DNA of 64,000 nt from contig JAYPVM010000005.1 of NCBI GenBank assembly GCA_038134595.1, positions 128,001-192,000 on the forward strand, read 5' to 3'. This DNA comes from Pseudomonadota bacterium. Lineage in GTDB: Bacteria > Bdellovibrionota_C > UBA2361 > OMII01. Below the pieces are notes generated by a model. That model was not told where the DNA came from, ran no database searches, and was given only the letters and a program-made list of their open reading frames with translations. A program made the translations under genes and the position numbers. Shown here piece by piece: positions 9,532 through 19,640 of this stretch (within the stretch, counting starts at the first letter, position 1; the number at the start of each line of letters is the position of its first letter).

Positions 9532-10650
9532 ATGCGAATAGTCATTCTCTACAACTCATGCTGGTATGTTTACTTACTTCGGCGAGGTCTGATTCGAGCC
9601 CTGCTATCACGAGGCTACACAATTACCGTTGTAGCCCCCCGAGACGAATATACCGAACGGGTGATTGCCCTCGGAGTTGCATTTCAACATATCAATTTAA
9701 CAAGATGCGGCACAAACCCACTCCGTGAGCTGATGCTTCTACATAAATTACTAGGCGTCTTACGCACCTTAAAACCCAATGTGGTGCTATCGTATACCGC
9801 TAAATGCAATTTATATGCGGGGATATGTCAGTATATACTATCCTTTCGTCACATTCCCAACATTGCAGGACTCGGCCAACTCTTCGAAAAGGACGGCGCG
9901 CTCAGGCAACTAATCCATCGTTTTTATCGAACATGCTTATCACATGCCGCATATATCTTCTTCCAGAACAACGAGGACCTAGAACATTTCTTAAGACACC
10001 GCATCATTGCACTCGACCAAGGCGTACGTTTGCCTGGTTCGGGTGTCGATTTAAATATGTTCAGTCCTGTTCTAAAACAAGAAACAACCGATAGACGCTT
10101 TCTTATCCTCGGCCGATTACTTCCGCAAAAAGGGTTTCCCTTATTCATCAAAGCTGCAAAGAACTTAAAAAACAAGTACGGCAAACGCGCATCCTTCTGG
10201 GTGCTCGGCAGCCCAGACTTCGAGAGACCCGACTCTATCGCTCTATGGAATGCAGTAAAGCATGCGCATGCCGATGGAGACATTCGCTACATACCGAAAA
10301 CAGATTCTCCCGCTGCAATCATCCAAGAGGCAGATGTAATCGTACTCCCCTCATATTACAATGAAGGCGTACCACGATCGCTACTCGAAGGGCTTGCCTG
10401 TGGGAAACCAATTATTACAACGGATTGGAAGGGTTGTCGTGACACTGTTGCTGCTGACAGAAATGGAGTCCTCTGTCGAATAAAAGACCAGCGTGCCATC
10501 GAGAATGCCATGGAAGAGTACCTCCGAATGAGTTATCCAACTCTTCTCAGGCAGGGACAATACAGTCGTAAACTTGCCGAAAGTACCTTCGATGAGAATC
10601 GTGTTATTGACACATACCTAGCCGCCATTTCTTCCACAACGGCCGTATAA
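9532..10650 (+). CDS. Glycosyltransferase family 4
   Basis: FFQN..D, LPGSGVD, EGVPRSLLEGLACGKPIITTD motifs. Confidence 0.9.
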   Translation: MRIVILYNSCWYVYLLRRGLIRALLSRGYTITVVAPRDEYTERVIALGVAFQHINLTRCGTNPLRELMLLHKLLGVLRTLKPNVVLSYTAKCNLYAGICQYILSFRHIPNIAGLGQLFEKDGALRQLIHRFYRTCLSHAAYIFFQNNEDLEHFLRHRIIALDQGVRLPGSGVDLNMFSPVLKQETTDRRFLILGRLLPQKGFPLFIKAAKNLKNKYGKRASFWVLGSPDFERPDSIALWNAVKHAHADGDIRYIPKTDSPAAIIQEADVIVLPSYYNEGVPRSLLEGLACGKPIITTDWKGCRDTVAADRNGVLCRIKDQRAIENAMEEYLRMSYPTLLRQGQYSRKLAESTFDENRVIDTYLAAISSTTAV

Positions 10651-10686
10651 TAACACGACCGCACTGGATAGATTGGGTCAATCAAC

Positions 10687-12216
10687 TCAAACGCTACATA
10701 AAGAATCTCTACGGCATCTGCGAAATATCATAGACTTGAGGAAGTCTACACTAACTCGAGCAACTCTTCCCAACGACAACATATACACGACCAAAAAGCC
10801 GGAAACCCAAATGACAGACAATCCCAAAAAGCATAGCATCACTTCTCGAACCGAGCCGATTTCTCCCAATCGTATATAGGGAAGGTACACAGTCAGAGCC
10901 AGCCAACACCATAGAAACAAGACCATTCCTGGAATATGCGCCAACAAGAGCGCCGACCACGATGTCCGCAAAAGGCTCCTCGCCAATAAAGTTAACGACA
11001 GATAATTTATCGCTACAGCACAAACAACCCCCCAAGCTACACCGATACTACCATGCATGTATGCTCCGACTACGGCACCCACGAGCACACTCACACTATA
11101 GACCGCTTGTCGCAATGCATATCGATAAACCGCGCCTACAGCACGAACTGCTGTATCGCTACACTTGTAGGTTGCCCTAAAAAAAACTCCATATGAGAGC
11201 GCAGATACTATGGGAACCACATCTAACCAACGATAGCCGAATACAGCGGAAACAAATTCAAATGAGCACAGTGATAGGATTAAACCCGCGGGCAGGGTTA
11301 GAATCGTCATCGCCTCAATAGATATAAGAAATTGCTCATTTAGGCTGGAACTGTCTTCCTGCGACTTCGACATCGCAGGAAACATAACACGCTCATAGAC
11401 CTGTCCAAGTAATGCCGCGGGCAGAGTCATTAGTTGATACCCCCGCGTGTATAAACCCAACATATCAACTCCAAACATCTTTCCTACAACAAAGTTATCT
11501 CCTTGGAGAGATAGGCAGTTTAATATTCTAGCTAAACTATATCCAAGGCCTAATCGCAACAACTCTTTTGCCCTCAGAATATCAAATGTACCAATCATAC
11601 CACGAGCTGGTGCCGCTAAATGAAGAAAGACTAGGCGAGTAAGTTTCATCAACAAAAGCGAAGCAACAAGAGCCCAAACACCAAAACCATACCAGGCTAG
11701 TACCGGACATAAAATAACCATACCGACCAAATAGCTTGCATTATCTACGGATAGGATTCTCCGAAATGCTAGCTTCCTCTGTAATAATGCATCAGGAACA
11801 ACCGCCCATGATTCGAGGAAGCATCCAAGTGAAAGAACCCTAAGGATGGTAGACAGCTCGGGCTGCTCGAAGAATCCGGCAAAAAGGTCCGAGCATAGAA
11901 ATACCCCACTAGCTGTCAGAACGCCTAGCGCAACATTCAATCTTCGAGCAACGTAGGTCGTTTTGTGGGAGAGGTGCTTTCTCTGCACCAAGACAGTGCC
12001 CACGCCCAGCTGACCCAATCGCTCAATGACTCCTGTACAAATCATCGCATACGATAGCAAACCAAATTCTTTTGGCTCAATAAGACGCGCGACGATTGCC
12101 AGCGCGGCCACTTTTAGAATACTTTGTACAAAAACACCAATGTACGACCATACGATGCCGCTAAGTATTAAATTTCCGTCTCCCATAAAGGTGTACAGTC
12201 CATCAGAAAAAAACAT
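10687..12216 (-). CDS. wzx: Wzx-type flippase (WzxC/PST family)
   Basis: 509-aa multi-TM protein with ARLIEPKEFG, GFGVWALV and DNFVVGK..G...LGLY motifs. Confidence 0.88.
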   Translation of the reverse strand: MFFSDGLYTFMGDGNLILSGIVWSYIGVFVQSILKVAALAIVARLIEPKEFGLLSYAMICTGVIERLGQLGVGTVLVQRKHLSHKTTYVARRLNVALGVLTASGVFLCSDLFAGFFEQPELSTILRVLSLGCFLESWAVVPDALLQRKLAFRRILSVDNASYLVGMVILCPVLAWYGFGVWALVASLLLMKLTRLVFLHLAAPARGMIGTFDILRAKELLRLGLGYSLARILNCLSLQGDNFVVGKMFGVDMLGLYTRGYQLMTLPAALLGQVYERVMFPAMSKSQEDSSSLNEQFLISIEAMTILTLPAGLILSLCSFEFVSAVFGYRWLDVVPIVSALSYGVFFRATYKCSDTAVRAVGAVYRYALRQAVYSVSVLVGAVVGAYMHGSIGVAWGVVCAVAINYLSLTLLARSLLRTSWSALLLAHIPGMVLFLWCWLALTVYLPYIRLGEIGSVREVMLCFLGLSVIWVSGFLVVYMLSLGRVARVSVDFLKSMIFRRCRRDSLCSV

Positions 12217-12530
12217 CCCCCTTCACAGTTGGACAAACCCCTTAATCAAAAGAGGACGACAGACAGCATCATAGCCCGATAACGAAACAAACCACTATGC
12301 TAGCGCTCATAGCAAGTCGTATCGGTCCCACTCTATAGTACCCTGGCTTCTACATCAGAATACAGCCACTTCGGAAAAAATGGAGTAGAAAGAACAACAA
12401 CTTAATTTAATGCAATCCGACCCGTGCCAACCTCCTATTTTTGTTTGAATCATCATCCACTCTCGAGTCAAGAACACCCGACCAAAAGAAACCTTAAACG
12501 TCTCTCAATTTGAATTAGCGAACCTTTTCA

Positions 12531-13913
12531 ATGCGATTCTCTGTTAGTCCTTTCCTTGAAATAATCTATACCCTCATACTCTTATCCGTTTTTCTGTCAG
12601 TAGCAGATCAGGCACTGGGTCATGCAGGACTTTTACCAGTCGGGGCTACAGCACTCTGCCTTCTTTCACTGGTTCCATTCACACTAGTAGTGCTACTGCA
12701 ACCATCAGGGATCCAACATATTTTTCACGTCCTTCGTAAAAATCTAACCCCTATCTTCTTCTTTTTTGCCATGGCGATACTTGCTCTACTATTGAGTGCT
12801 CACCCAAATGCCTTCTGGAATGAGGATGGAAAATGGATCTTGCTTCTTCCGTACGGAGTGATTATTACGATTCTAGCATGCGTAATGGGACGATTTTGGC
12901 TTCGCCAGTCCGTTCTATCAGCAGGATCACTCATCTCATTATGCGCGTTACTGAGCTCCATTATAACTGACTATTTTTCGCCAGGTACCTTTGCTCCTCT
13001 TGGCACCCGAGCTGCAGGATTTTCTGGCAATGCAAATTATTCGGCACTGGTTGCAGTGTGCATTTGTGCGAGTGCACTGTCATTTCAATCTTCAAGAGTC
13101 GAATACGCTAAGTCCAAGACCATGCTACCGAGGACATTCATTTTCCGACAAAGGCAATCTCAATTGCCGATTATTGACATCATGATTAATACACTTTTAT
13201 TTCTTCTAACTGCTGGTTGCATCCTATTAACGATGTCTCGCAGCGGTGCTGTTCATCTTCTTGCATTGTACACATTCTTTGCGGTGTATCGAACGTATCA
13301 TTCACGGCGAAAACTCTTAAGCACCCTAACGTATGCAATACTCATTCCCAGTATTATAACGAGCCTCGCTTTCTACTTCGTAAAAACGTCTAGCAACTCT
13401 ACTCTGTTTCGAGAAAATACTAGATTAGTTCGATTCATTAACCACCAACAGGTCGACGATGGGTCCGCATCGAGTCGGCTGCAAGCCCTGCTAGACAGTC
13501 TCCATCTTATTGAACAGGCACCCATTATAGGCCACGGAACTGGCTATGCTAGAACAATGAAGGAGCTTCCCCATAATCTTTATCTTCAGCAATGGGTCAA
13601 TAACGGAGTACTTGGTGTATTATTCTACGTGGGATTCCTCGTAAGTTTATTTATCACATTTTCTTTTCGTGCTTATCCGGCCGGTCAAGCCCTTACTATT
13701 GTGGCGATAACTGGGAGCATCTTTAGCCATAACCTCTTGGATCAGCGCCCTTTTCTTATTCTCATTGGGCTTGCGCTCGGCTACTCATTACAGAATTTAG
13801 CAGTGATAGATATTGGTCTGTTGCGTCCTCAACGTGATACCGAGCCAGCATCTCCGGAGAACCAGCAGTGTTTCTCTCCCTACGAAGCGCAGAAATTATG
13901 GCTTCTGCCATAA
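12531..13913 (+). CDS. Wzy polymerase / O-antigen ligase family membrane protein
   Basis: Multi-TM; RAAGFSGNAN, TMSRSG, PIIGHGTG and PHNLYL motifs of the Wzy_C family. Confidence 0.82.
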   Translation: MRFSVSPFLEIIYTLILLSVFLSVADQALGHAGLLPVGATALCLLSLVPFTLVVLLQPSGIQHIFHVLRKNLTPIFFFFAMAILALLLSAHPNAFWNEDGKWILLLPYGVIITILACVMGRFWLRQSVLSAGSLISLCALLSSIITDYFSPGTFAPLGTRAAGFSGNANYSALVAVCICASALSFQSSRVEYAKSKTMLPRTFIFRQRQSQLPIIDIMINTLLFLLTAGCILLTMSRSGAVHLLALYTFFAVYRTYHSRRKLLSTLTYAILIPSIITSLAFYFVKTSSNSTLFRENTRLVRFINHQQVDDGSASSRLQALLDSLHLIEQAPIIGHGTGYARTMKELPHNLYLQQWVNNGVLGVLFYVGFLVSLFITFSFRAYPAGQALTIVAITGSIFSHNLLDQRPFLILIGLALGYSLQNLAVIDIGLLRPQRDTEPASPENQQCFSPYEAQKLWLLP

Positions 13914-14883
13914 CCTTAATTTGTCCCACCGGCACAAGGTGCCCCAATAGACCATCTTTCAATAATTCGCGAACTCCGCCTGGTGAATCGGTGGCTATCA
14001 CAGGCACACCTAAGGAAAGTGCTTGAATTAAAACATTGGGAAGCCCTTCGTAATGAGAGGCAAGGACAAAAAGATCAGAATGCCTCATGAATGAAAAGGG
14101 GTTGGATTGAAACCCAACAAGCGCGACATTTTCAACAAGACCCCTCGTTGCAACGAATTCCTCAATCCGCTTTCGGTCATCACCTTCGCCAACAATCACT
14201 AGACGGGCAGGCCTTTTTTTAACTACATAAGAGAAAGCTTTTACCAAATCATACATCCCTTTGTGCGGTTTAAGCCTTCCTACGCTAACAATGATAGGAA
14301 TCTTTTTATCACGAAACCATGGATGATCAGGAACCTCTCCTGCCTGATCGAATATTGCTGAAAACAAAACCGGTGTTGGGATCACCTTGATCAATGAAGC
14401 TAAGTGAGGTTTCATCGTTACTAAATCGTCTCTTACCGATTCTGAAACGGCGATAATAGCATCAGCCCACGAATACACGTACGGAATCAACCGGCCTACC
14501 CATTTTGCCCCAGACGACTCCTTGTATTCCGAAAGGGGGGTATTCGACTGCCTTATTATGACCGGCATATCAACACCAGAAATTACCTTAGCAATAAGCG
14601 CTCCGAGATTGGCGTGAGAAATCGTGCTAAACAATGCTACTGGGCGTCTGCTGACAATATATCTCCTTAGTGGTAAAACTGTTTTTACCATCCGTGTTGC
14701 GCCTAGGTCGACAATAGACAAGCTATCTGGCAGCATGTTCCTCCACGCCCCCTCTAGGCTACCAACCACAACCTCAACGTTTATGCTCCGTTTTGTGAGT
14801 TCCTCGGCGAATATCAACATGGCCCGTTCCGCACCACCGCCATGAACGCTGGGAATGAAGATAGCAATCGGATGCTTAGTCAT
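13762..14883 (-). CDS. Glycosyltransferase family 4
   Basis: GGGAER, VGRLKPHKG, EGLPNVLIQALSLGVPVIATD motifs. Confidence 0.9.
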   Translation of the reverse strand: MTKHPIAIFIPSVHGGGAERAMLIFAEELTKRSINVEVVVGSLEGAWRNMLPDSLSIVDLGATRMVKTVLPLRRYIVSRRPVALFSTISHANLGALIAKVISGVDMPVIIRQSNTPLSEYKESSGAKWVGRLIPYVYSWADAIIAVSESVRDDLVTMKPHLASLIKVIPTPVLFSAIFDQAGEVPDHPWFRDKKIPIIVSVGRLKPHKGMYDLVKAFSYVVKKRPARLVIVGEGDDRKRIEEFVATRGLVENVALVGFQSNPFSFMRHSDLFVLASHYEGLPNVLIQALSLGVPVIATDSPGGVRELLKDGLLGHLVPVGQIKVMAEAIISALRRERNTAGSPEMLARYHVEDATDQYLSLLNSVMSSRAQAQ

Positions 14884-15099
14884 AATATTTTAGTTAAAGG
14901 CACGATTGAGAAAAACAACACTGAGATCTCTTTGTGTACTTCTGTAATATTCACAGAAGTCGGACCAAAAGCCGCGGTGATAGTTTACAGCACGTCATCG
15001 TGATAAATACGATTAGTTTTAAGATTTTATTGCGCCGCTTTCGCGTGCCGTGACGATCTTATGCACACAGAGAGCAACACATCCCCCTTTTTAGAGGTG

Positions 15100-15129
15100 C
15101 TTTTGCGCAGAGCAAGTTCTGCGCAAAAG
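15100..15129. repeat. Perfect 12-bp inverted repeat
   Basis: CTTTTGCGCAGA-GCAAGT-TCTGCGCAAAAG between the epimerase and GT4 genes. Confidence 0.7.
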
Positions 15130-15217
15130 AGTCCCTCTATCAAGAAAGAAAGCTACAATGTAGCAAACACTACTGGATTATGATGTGATGGGGCTCTGGT
15201 GCTCCATCTTCACTTAT

Positions 15218-16138
15218 TTATTTTTTTGACTGATACCAGGCAAGGGTCTGCTCAAGCCCCTCTTCAAGTTCAACGGTAGGTCTCCAGCCAAGAACTTGCG
15301 CCGCCAGTGAATTATCAATCACACTCCGCATCTGCTCTCCAGCTCGACCGGGCCCAAAGCTTACCTTTGCCTCCGGATTGATTCGTTCCCGGAGCTCATT
15401 AGCGAGAAAGACCACCGATGTTTCCTTCGCTGTACCGATGTTAAACTCGCCAACTACACGCTTTTCAACCGAAAGACCCACGGCTTCAGCGACATCCCCT
15501 ACGAATACAAAATCCCTGGTCTGTTCCCCAGTTCCATTAACGACAATATCATTACCTGCAAGAAGCCGTTCGCAGTATATGGCGATTACCCCTGCTTCTC
15601 CGTGAGGATTCTGCCGTGGGCCATATACATTTGAAAGCCTGAGAGACGTATATGACAACCCCCAAGCTCGCGCACAAAACTCGAGATACATCTCCCCCAC
15701 TCGCTTGGACAATCCATAGATGCTCTCCGGTAAAATAGGGTGAGATTCCGGCGCAGGATATACCTGTTGCTCGCCGTAGCAAGCTCCCCCAGAAGAGAGG
15801 AATACACACTGGGCACCTGACGTACGGGAGAGAGGATGGAGCAAATTAACAAGCCCGGTTACATTCACATCAGTATCGAGCGTTGGTTTCTCCATACTAA
15901 TTCGCACTGAGATCTGGGCAGCTGCATGTACTAAAATATTCGGTTGAAACTCACTGATAAAGGAAGCCGCCTCAGGGGAGCGTATATCTAATTGATGTAA
16001 TGTTACACTGCTGGGAATATTTTCGGTGCTACCACTTGAAAGGTCATCAAGAACATGGACTTCGTTACCCGGCAAGAGCCTGTCAACAATGTGAGACCCA
16101 ATAAAACCCGCTCCACCGGTCACAACTATCTTAGCCAT
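15218..16138 (-). CDS. NAD-dependent epimerase, UDP-glucose 4-epimerase-like
   Basis: TGGAGFIGSH, YGLSK and NVYGPRQNPHGEAGV motifs. Confidence 0.9.
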   Translation of the reverse strand: MAKIVVTGGAGFIGSHIVDRLLPGNEVHVLDDLSSGSTENIPSSVTLHQLDIRSPEAASFISEFQPNILVHAAAQISVRISMEKPTLDTDVNVTGLVNLLHPLSRTSGAQCVFLSSGGACYGEQQVYPAPESHPILPESIYGLSKRVGEMYLEFCARAWGLSYTSLRLSNVYGPRQNPHGEAGVIAIYCERLLAGNDIVVNGTGEQTRDFVFVGDVAEAVGLSVEKRVVGEFNIGTAKETSVVFLANELRERINPEAKVSFGPGRAGEQMRSVIDNSLAAQVLGWRPTVELEEGLEQTLAWYQSKK

Positions 16139-16632
16139 AGGCTGTTTCTCCTTCCTTCTTCCTCAATAATTTTTACCACTCATACGTCTGCATTTTTCGT
16201 CTACCTCGCTACTCTACAACGTTCGCCTCTACCTTTAAATAACTATTCGAACGCTTCTCTGATAAGTCATGCTCAACGTAGCGATAAGGCGAGATTTATA
16301 AAAGAGTTTCTAAAATCCTCTCAGCAAACGACCATTCGAACGTCGTTAACAACAATATTTTTCGTGCCGCATCGCTATCTCTCCTAACAAAGTGGCGTAG
16401 CAACTAGTTTGAAAGAGCGATACAAAGCCCCATCCAAAAGAAGCACCTCATCGCCACGATGCAAGTAACATCCTTGGCCAGTCCAGAGTACTCCCACGGG
16501 GTTTTCGCAATGAGACAATTCTTAGGGAACCAAGCCTTTGTACAGTTAGCAATTTTGCCGGGTTAACAACGACGACCGCTAATAGGCAAAAACATAGGAT
16601 AGCGGTAAGTATTTGATAATAGGGATGGAATA

Positions 16633-16706
16633 TGCGCCCTGAGGGATTCGAACCCCCGACCCTCTGGTTCGAAGCCAGATGCTCTATCCAACTGAGCTAA
16701 AGGCGC
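16633..16706 (-). tRNA. tRNA-Arg (anticodon UCG), CCA not encoded
   Basis: Minus strand GCGCCTTTAGCTCAGTTGGATAGAGCATCTGGCTTCGAACCAGAGGGTCGGGGGTTCGAATCCCTCAGGGCGCA folds as a cloverleaf; anticodon arm TCTGG-CT(TCG)AA-CCAGA; T-loop TTCGAAT. Confidence 0.96.
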
Positions 16707-17008
16707 ACAGGAAGTGGACAAGAGACTACACTATTTTGTGTCGGCTCGTAAAGACTCCTCTCCTATGTGAAACCCGGCAGGGGGGATTTCGAACTTTAGC
16801 TCCTACTCCGCATCTTATTTTATAACCTATTACCCTGTATCTACTAACTATTTCCACCCTTCTTTCCTTAACGTCACCCAAGATTCCCGCCAATCCTCGG
16901 TCGCCACTGATAGAGTTTGCCTAAATCGCTACCTTGTCGCTCGCAGGTCAAAAGACGTAACATATAGGCGTACAATTTCGATGCTATAGACGACAAGAAT
17001 GAATTAGT

Positions 17009-19630
17009 ATGATCTCTCGACTTGTAAAGAAGATACTGAGCCTACGATATTCGATATCAATAGACGGCCTTGAGAATATCAACTCACAACAAAGTGTACT
17101 CATCCTCCCAAATCATCCCGCCGAAATAGATCCCGTCATCATTACAACCTACTTATGGGATTTATTAAGACCCCGCCCAGTCGTATTGGAGACTATGTAT
17201 GAATTGCCTGTTATTAAATCAGTGATGCAAAGGATTAGAGCTATCCCCATGGCTGATATGGACTTTGAGTCTGGTCCTTATAAACGCAGGCGAATAATGA
17301 GAACGCTGGAACATATCGCGACAGCGCTTAACCAAGGTGACAACATCCTCATGTATCCCTCAGGAAGGCTCAGCGTTACTGGGGAGGAAAAACTCGGAGG
17401 TGCATCTGGAGTGCAAACCATCCTAAATTTGGCACCTCAAACCAATGTGGCAGTGATTAAAATACACGGTTTATATGGCAGCATATTCTCCAAAGCTCCA
17501 AGTGGTGGAATCACTCCTGACATCTTCACAACATTCAAAAAGGCCGGTGCCATTTTACTGCAGAATCTACTTTTTTTCTCCCCAAGGCGCACAGTATCTA
17601 TCGAAATTACGTTTAACCCACCAGAATTTCCTCGCTATGGAGATACACTCACAATCAACAAATATCTCGAAGGTATCTACAACAGCCCAATACCTGAAAA
17701 AGCAACTGCTGTACCGTACAGCTTTATACGAAACACACTACCAGAGTTTCCCTCATCTACCCATAGCGATAACTCCGTCGAAGACATCGATGAACAGATC
17801 TCCCAAAAAGTATACGCTTACATCGCTCACATCGCGAACACATCTCGAGAAGATCTCTCGCCACAAACGCTACTCGGCGAGGAACTAGGTATCGACTCTC
17901 TATCTATGGCTGAACTTCTCGTATGGCTAGACAGGGAATTTGAGATACACGATGTTGCACTCCACGAATTAACATCGATAGCGTCGGTCTTACGGATTGC
18001 GGCTGGTAAAAACATAGGTGTTAAACCCCGACCGCAATACACGCCTCCACTTTCTTGGAGACAACCATCAGATTCACGGCCTCATCCTGACTTAGAGGGA
18101 GCTAAAACCATTGAGGAGGCTTTCTTAGTAGCATGTGCTCGTCACGGCAATCTTGTTGCAATGGGTGATGAAAAAAGTGGCATCTGCACCTGGGAGCAAC
18201 TAAAGTCGAAAGTTATCTTTCTTGCCCGCTATATTGCAAGTATCCAAGATCAGCATATCGGCATTCTACTTCCGGCCTCTGTGGCAGGAACGGTTACAAG
18301 CATCGCGACAATGTTAGCGGGCAAAATTCCGGTCTTCCTAAATTGGACTGCGGGCAAGCAGGCTCTATTGCATGCCTGTGAAGCAACGCAATTAAAAACG
18401 ATACTTACCTCCGAATCTTTTTTAGATATCGTTACCAGCGATCTGCACTTCTTGGAGTCGCGTTTTGTAATGCTTGAAGATATTAGAGACAACGCCTCGT
18501 GGCGCGAAAAATTAAAAAGTCATCGCCTCTCAAAAGAAAGTTTGTCTCAAATACTTAGAGCTTTCGGGAGTGATAAGCGTAAATCCTCTGACACTGCCGC
18601 CATGCTTTTTACAAGTGGCTCGGAAGCGCTTCCGAAAGGTGTGCCACTTTCACACAATAACATTCTATCTAACATTCGAGGTATCTTGCACGCCGTACAG
18701 ATTTCCGAAAACGATATTCTTCTCGGGTTTCTACCTCCCTTTCATTCATTTGGACTGACAGTATGTTGCCTCCTTCCCCTCGTCACAGGGCTTCGGGTCG
18801 TCTATCACCCCAATCCAAATGAAAGTCGCAAGCTAGGAAGAGCAATTGAGTCTTGGGGATGTAGTGTCATAGCAGGAACTCCGACCTTTTTGCGTGCGAT
18901 TTTAAAGTCGGGACCTATGGAGCAGTTTCGCTCTCTTCGAGCAATAGTGACAGGAGCAGAACGTGCCCCCAATGAGCTCTTTGAGCTGGCAGAATCGATA
19001 GATCCCAATCTTCACGTCCTCGAAGGTTACGGAATAACAGAATGTGGCCCAGTAGTGAGCGTAGCGCGTCCTAGCGAACCACGCATTGGTGTTGGTCGAC
19101 CGCTTAATGACACTTCAATCGCTGTCGTGCATCCAGAGAAATTCACACCGTGTGAGGAAGGAACCCAAGGATTAATTCTTATCAAAGGGCCGAGCGTTTT
19201 TTCGGGCTACCTCGAGCGCTCAATAGAGCCTTTCTTAGAATATGACAATTCTCACTGGTATAATTCAGGGGATTTAGGATTTCTCCAAGACGGATACCTC
19301 GTGATTACTGGGCGACTCAAGCGCTTCGTTAAGATTGCCGGAGAGATGATCAGTTTAGGTGCTATTGAAGATGTTCTTCAAAAGCACCTCTATTCTCCAG
19401 ATGGCTCCCCCACTGTAGCTGTCCTATCACAAGGCGTTGAAGGGGATAGTCGGCCAAAATTATTGGCTATTATTGCGGGAAATATGTCTCGAGACTCAGC
19501 ACAAGAGATACTCAAATCAAGTGGCTTTCCAACACTTGTTAATCTCTCTTCCGTACACCACGTTACAACATTACCACTGCTAGGTAGCGGTAAGATCGAC
19601 TACCAATCACTCAAACACGATTACGCATGA
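17009..19630 (+). CDS. Aas-like acyltransferase-ACP-acyl-AMP ligase fusion
   Basis: PlsC-type NHPAEID (HX4D) and YPSG; carrier motif LGIDSL; AMP-binding FTSGSEALPKG, EGYGITE, SGDLG, SGKIDY. Confidence 0.87.
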   Translation: MISRLVKKILSLRYSISIDGLENINSQQSVLILPNHPAEIDPVIITTYLWDLLRPRPVVLETMYELPVIKSVMQRIRAIPMADMDFESGPYKRRRIMRTLEHIATALNQGDNILMYPSGRLSVTGEEKLGGASGVQTILNLAPQTNVAVIKIHGLYGSIFSKAPSGGITPDIFTTFKKAGAILLQNLLFFSPRRTVSIEITFNPPEFPRYGDTLTINKYLEGIYNSPIPEKATAVPYSFIRNTLPEFPSSTHSDNSVEDIDEQISQKVYAYIAHIANTSREDLSPQTLLGEELGIDSLSMAELLVWLDREFEIHDVALHELTSIASVLRIAAGKNIGVKPRPQYTPPLSWRQPSDSRPHPDLEGAKTIEEAFLVACARHGNLVAMGDEKSGICTWEQLKSKVIFLARYIASIQDQHIGILLPASVAGTVTSIATMLAGKIPVFLNWTAGKQALLHACEATQLKTILTSESFLDIVTSDLHFLESRFVMLEDIRDNASWREKLKSHRLSKESLSQILRAFGSDKRKSSDTAAMLFTSGSEALPKGVPLSHNNILSNIRGILHAVQISENDILLGFLPPFHSFGLTVCCLLPLVTGLRVVYHPNPNESRKLGRAIESWGCSVIAGTPTFLRAILKSGPMEQFRSLRAIVTGAERAPNELFELAESIDPNLHVLEGYGITECGPVVSVARPSEPRIGVGRPLNDTSIAVVHPEKFTPCEEGTQGLILIKGPSVFSGYLERSIEPFLEYDNSHWYNSGDLGFLQDGYLVITGRLKRFVKIAGEMISLGAIEDVLQKHLYSPDGSPTVAVLSQGVEGDSRPKLLAIIAGNMSRDSAQEILKSSGFPTLVNLSSVHHVTTLPLLGSGKIDYQSLKHDYA

Positions 19631-19640
19631 GAGATTTAGC

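Noticed and set aside
16055..16387. 110-aa plus-strand ORF
   Set aside because: Overlaps the epimerase start antisense and has no protein-like motifs; probably promoter DNA.
1567..16706. Polysaccharide locus as a tRNA-anchored genomic island
   Set aside because: It lies 3' of tRNA-Arg, but I found no integrase, transposase or duplicated tRNA 3' end.
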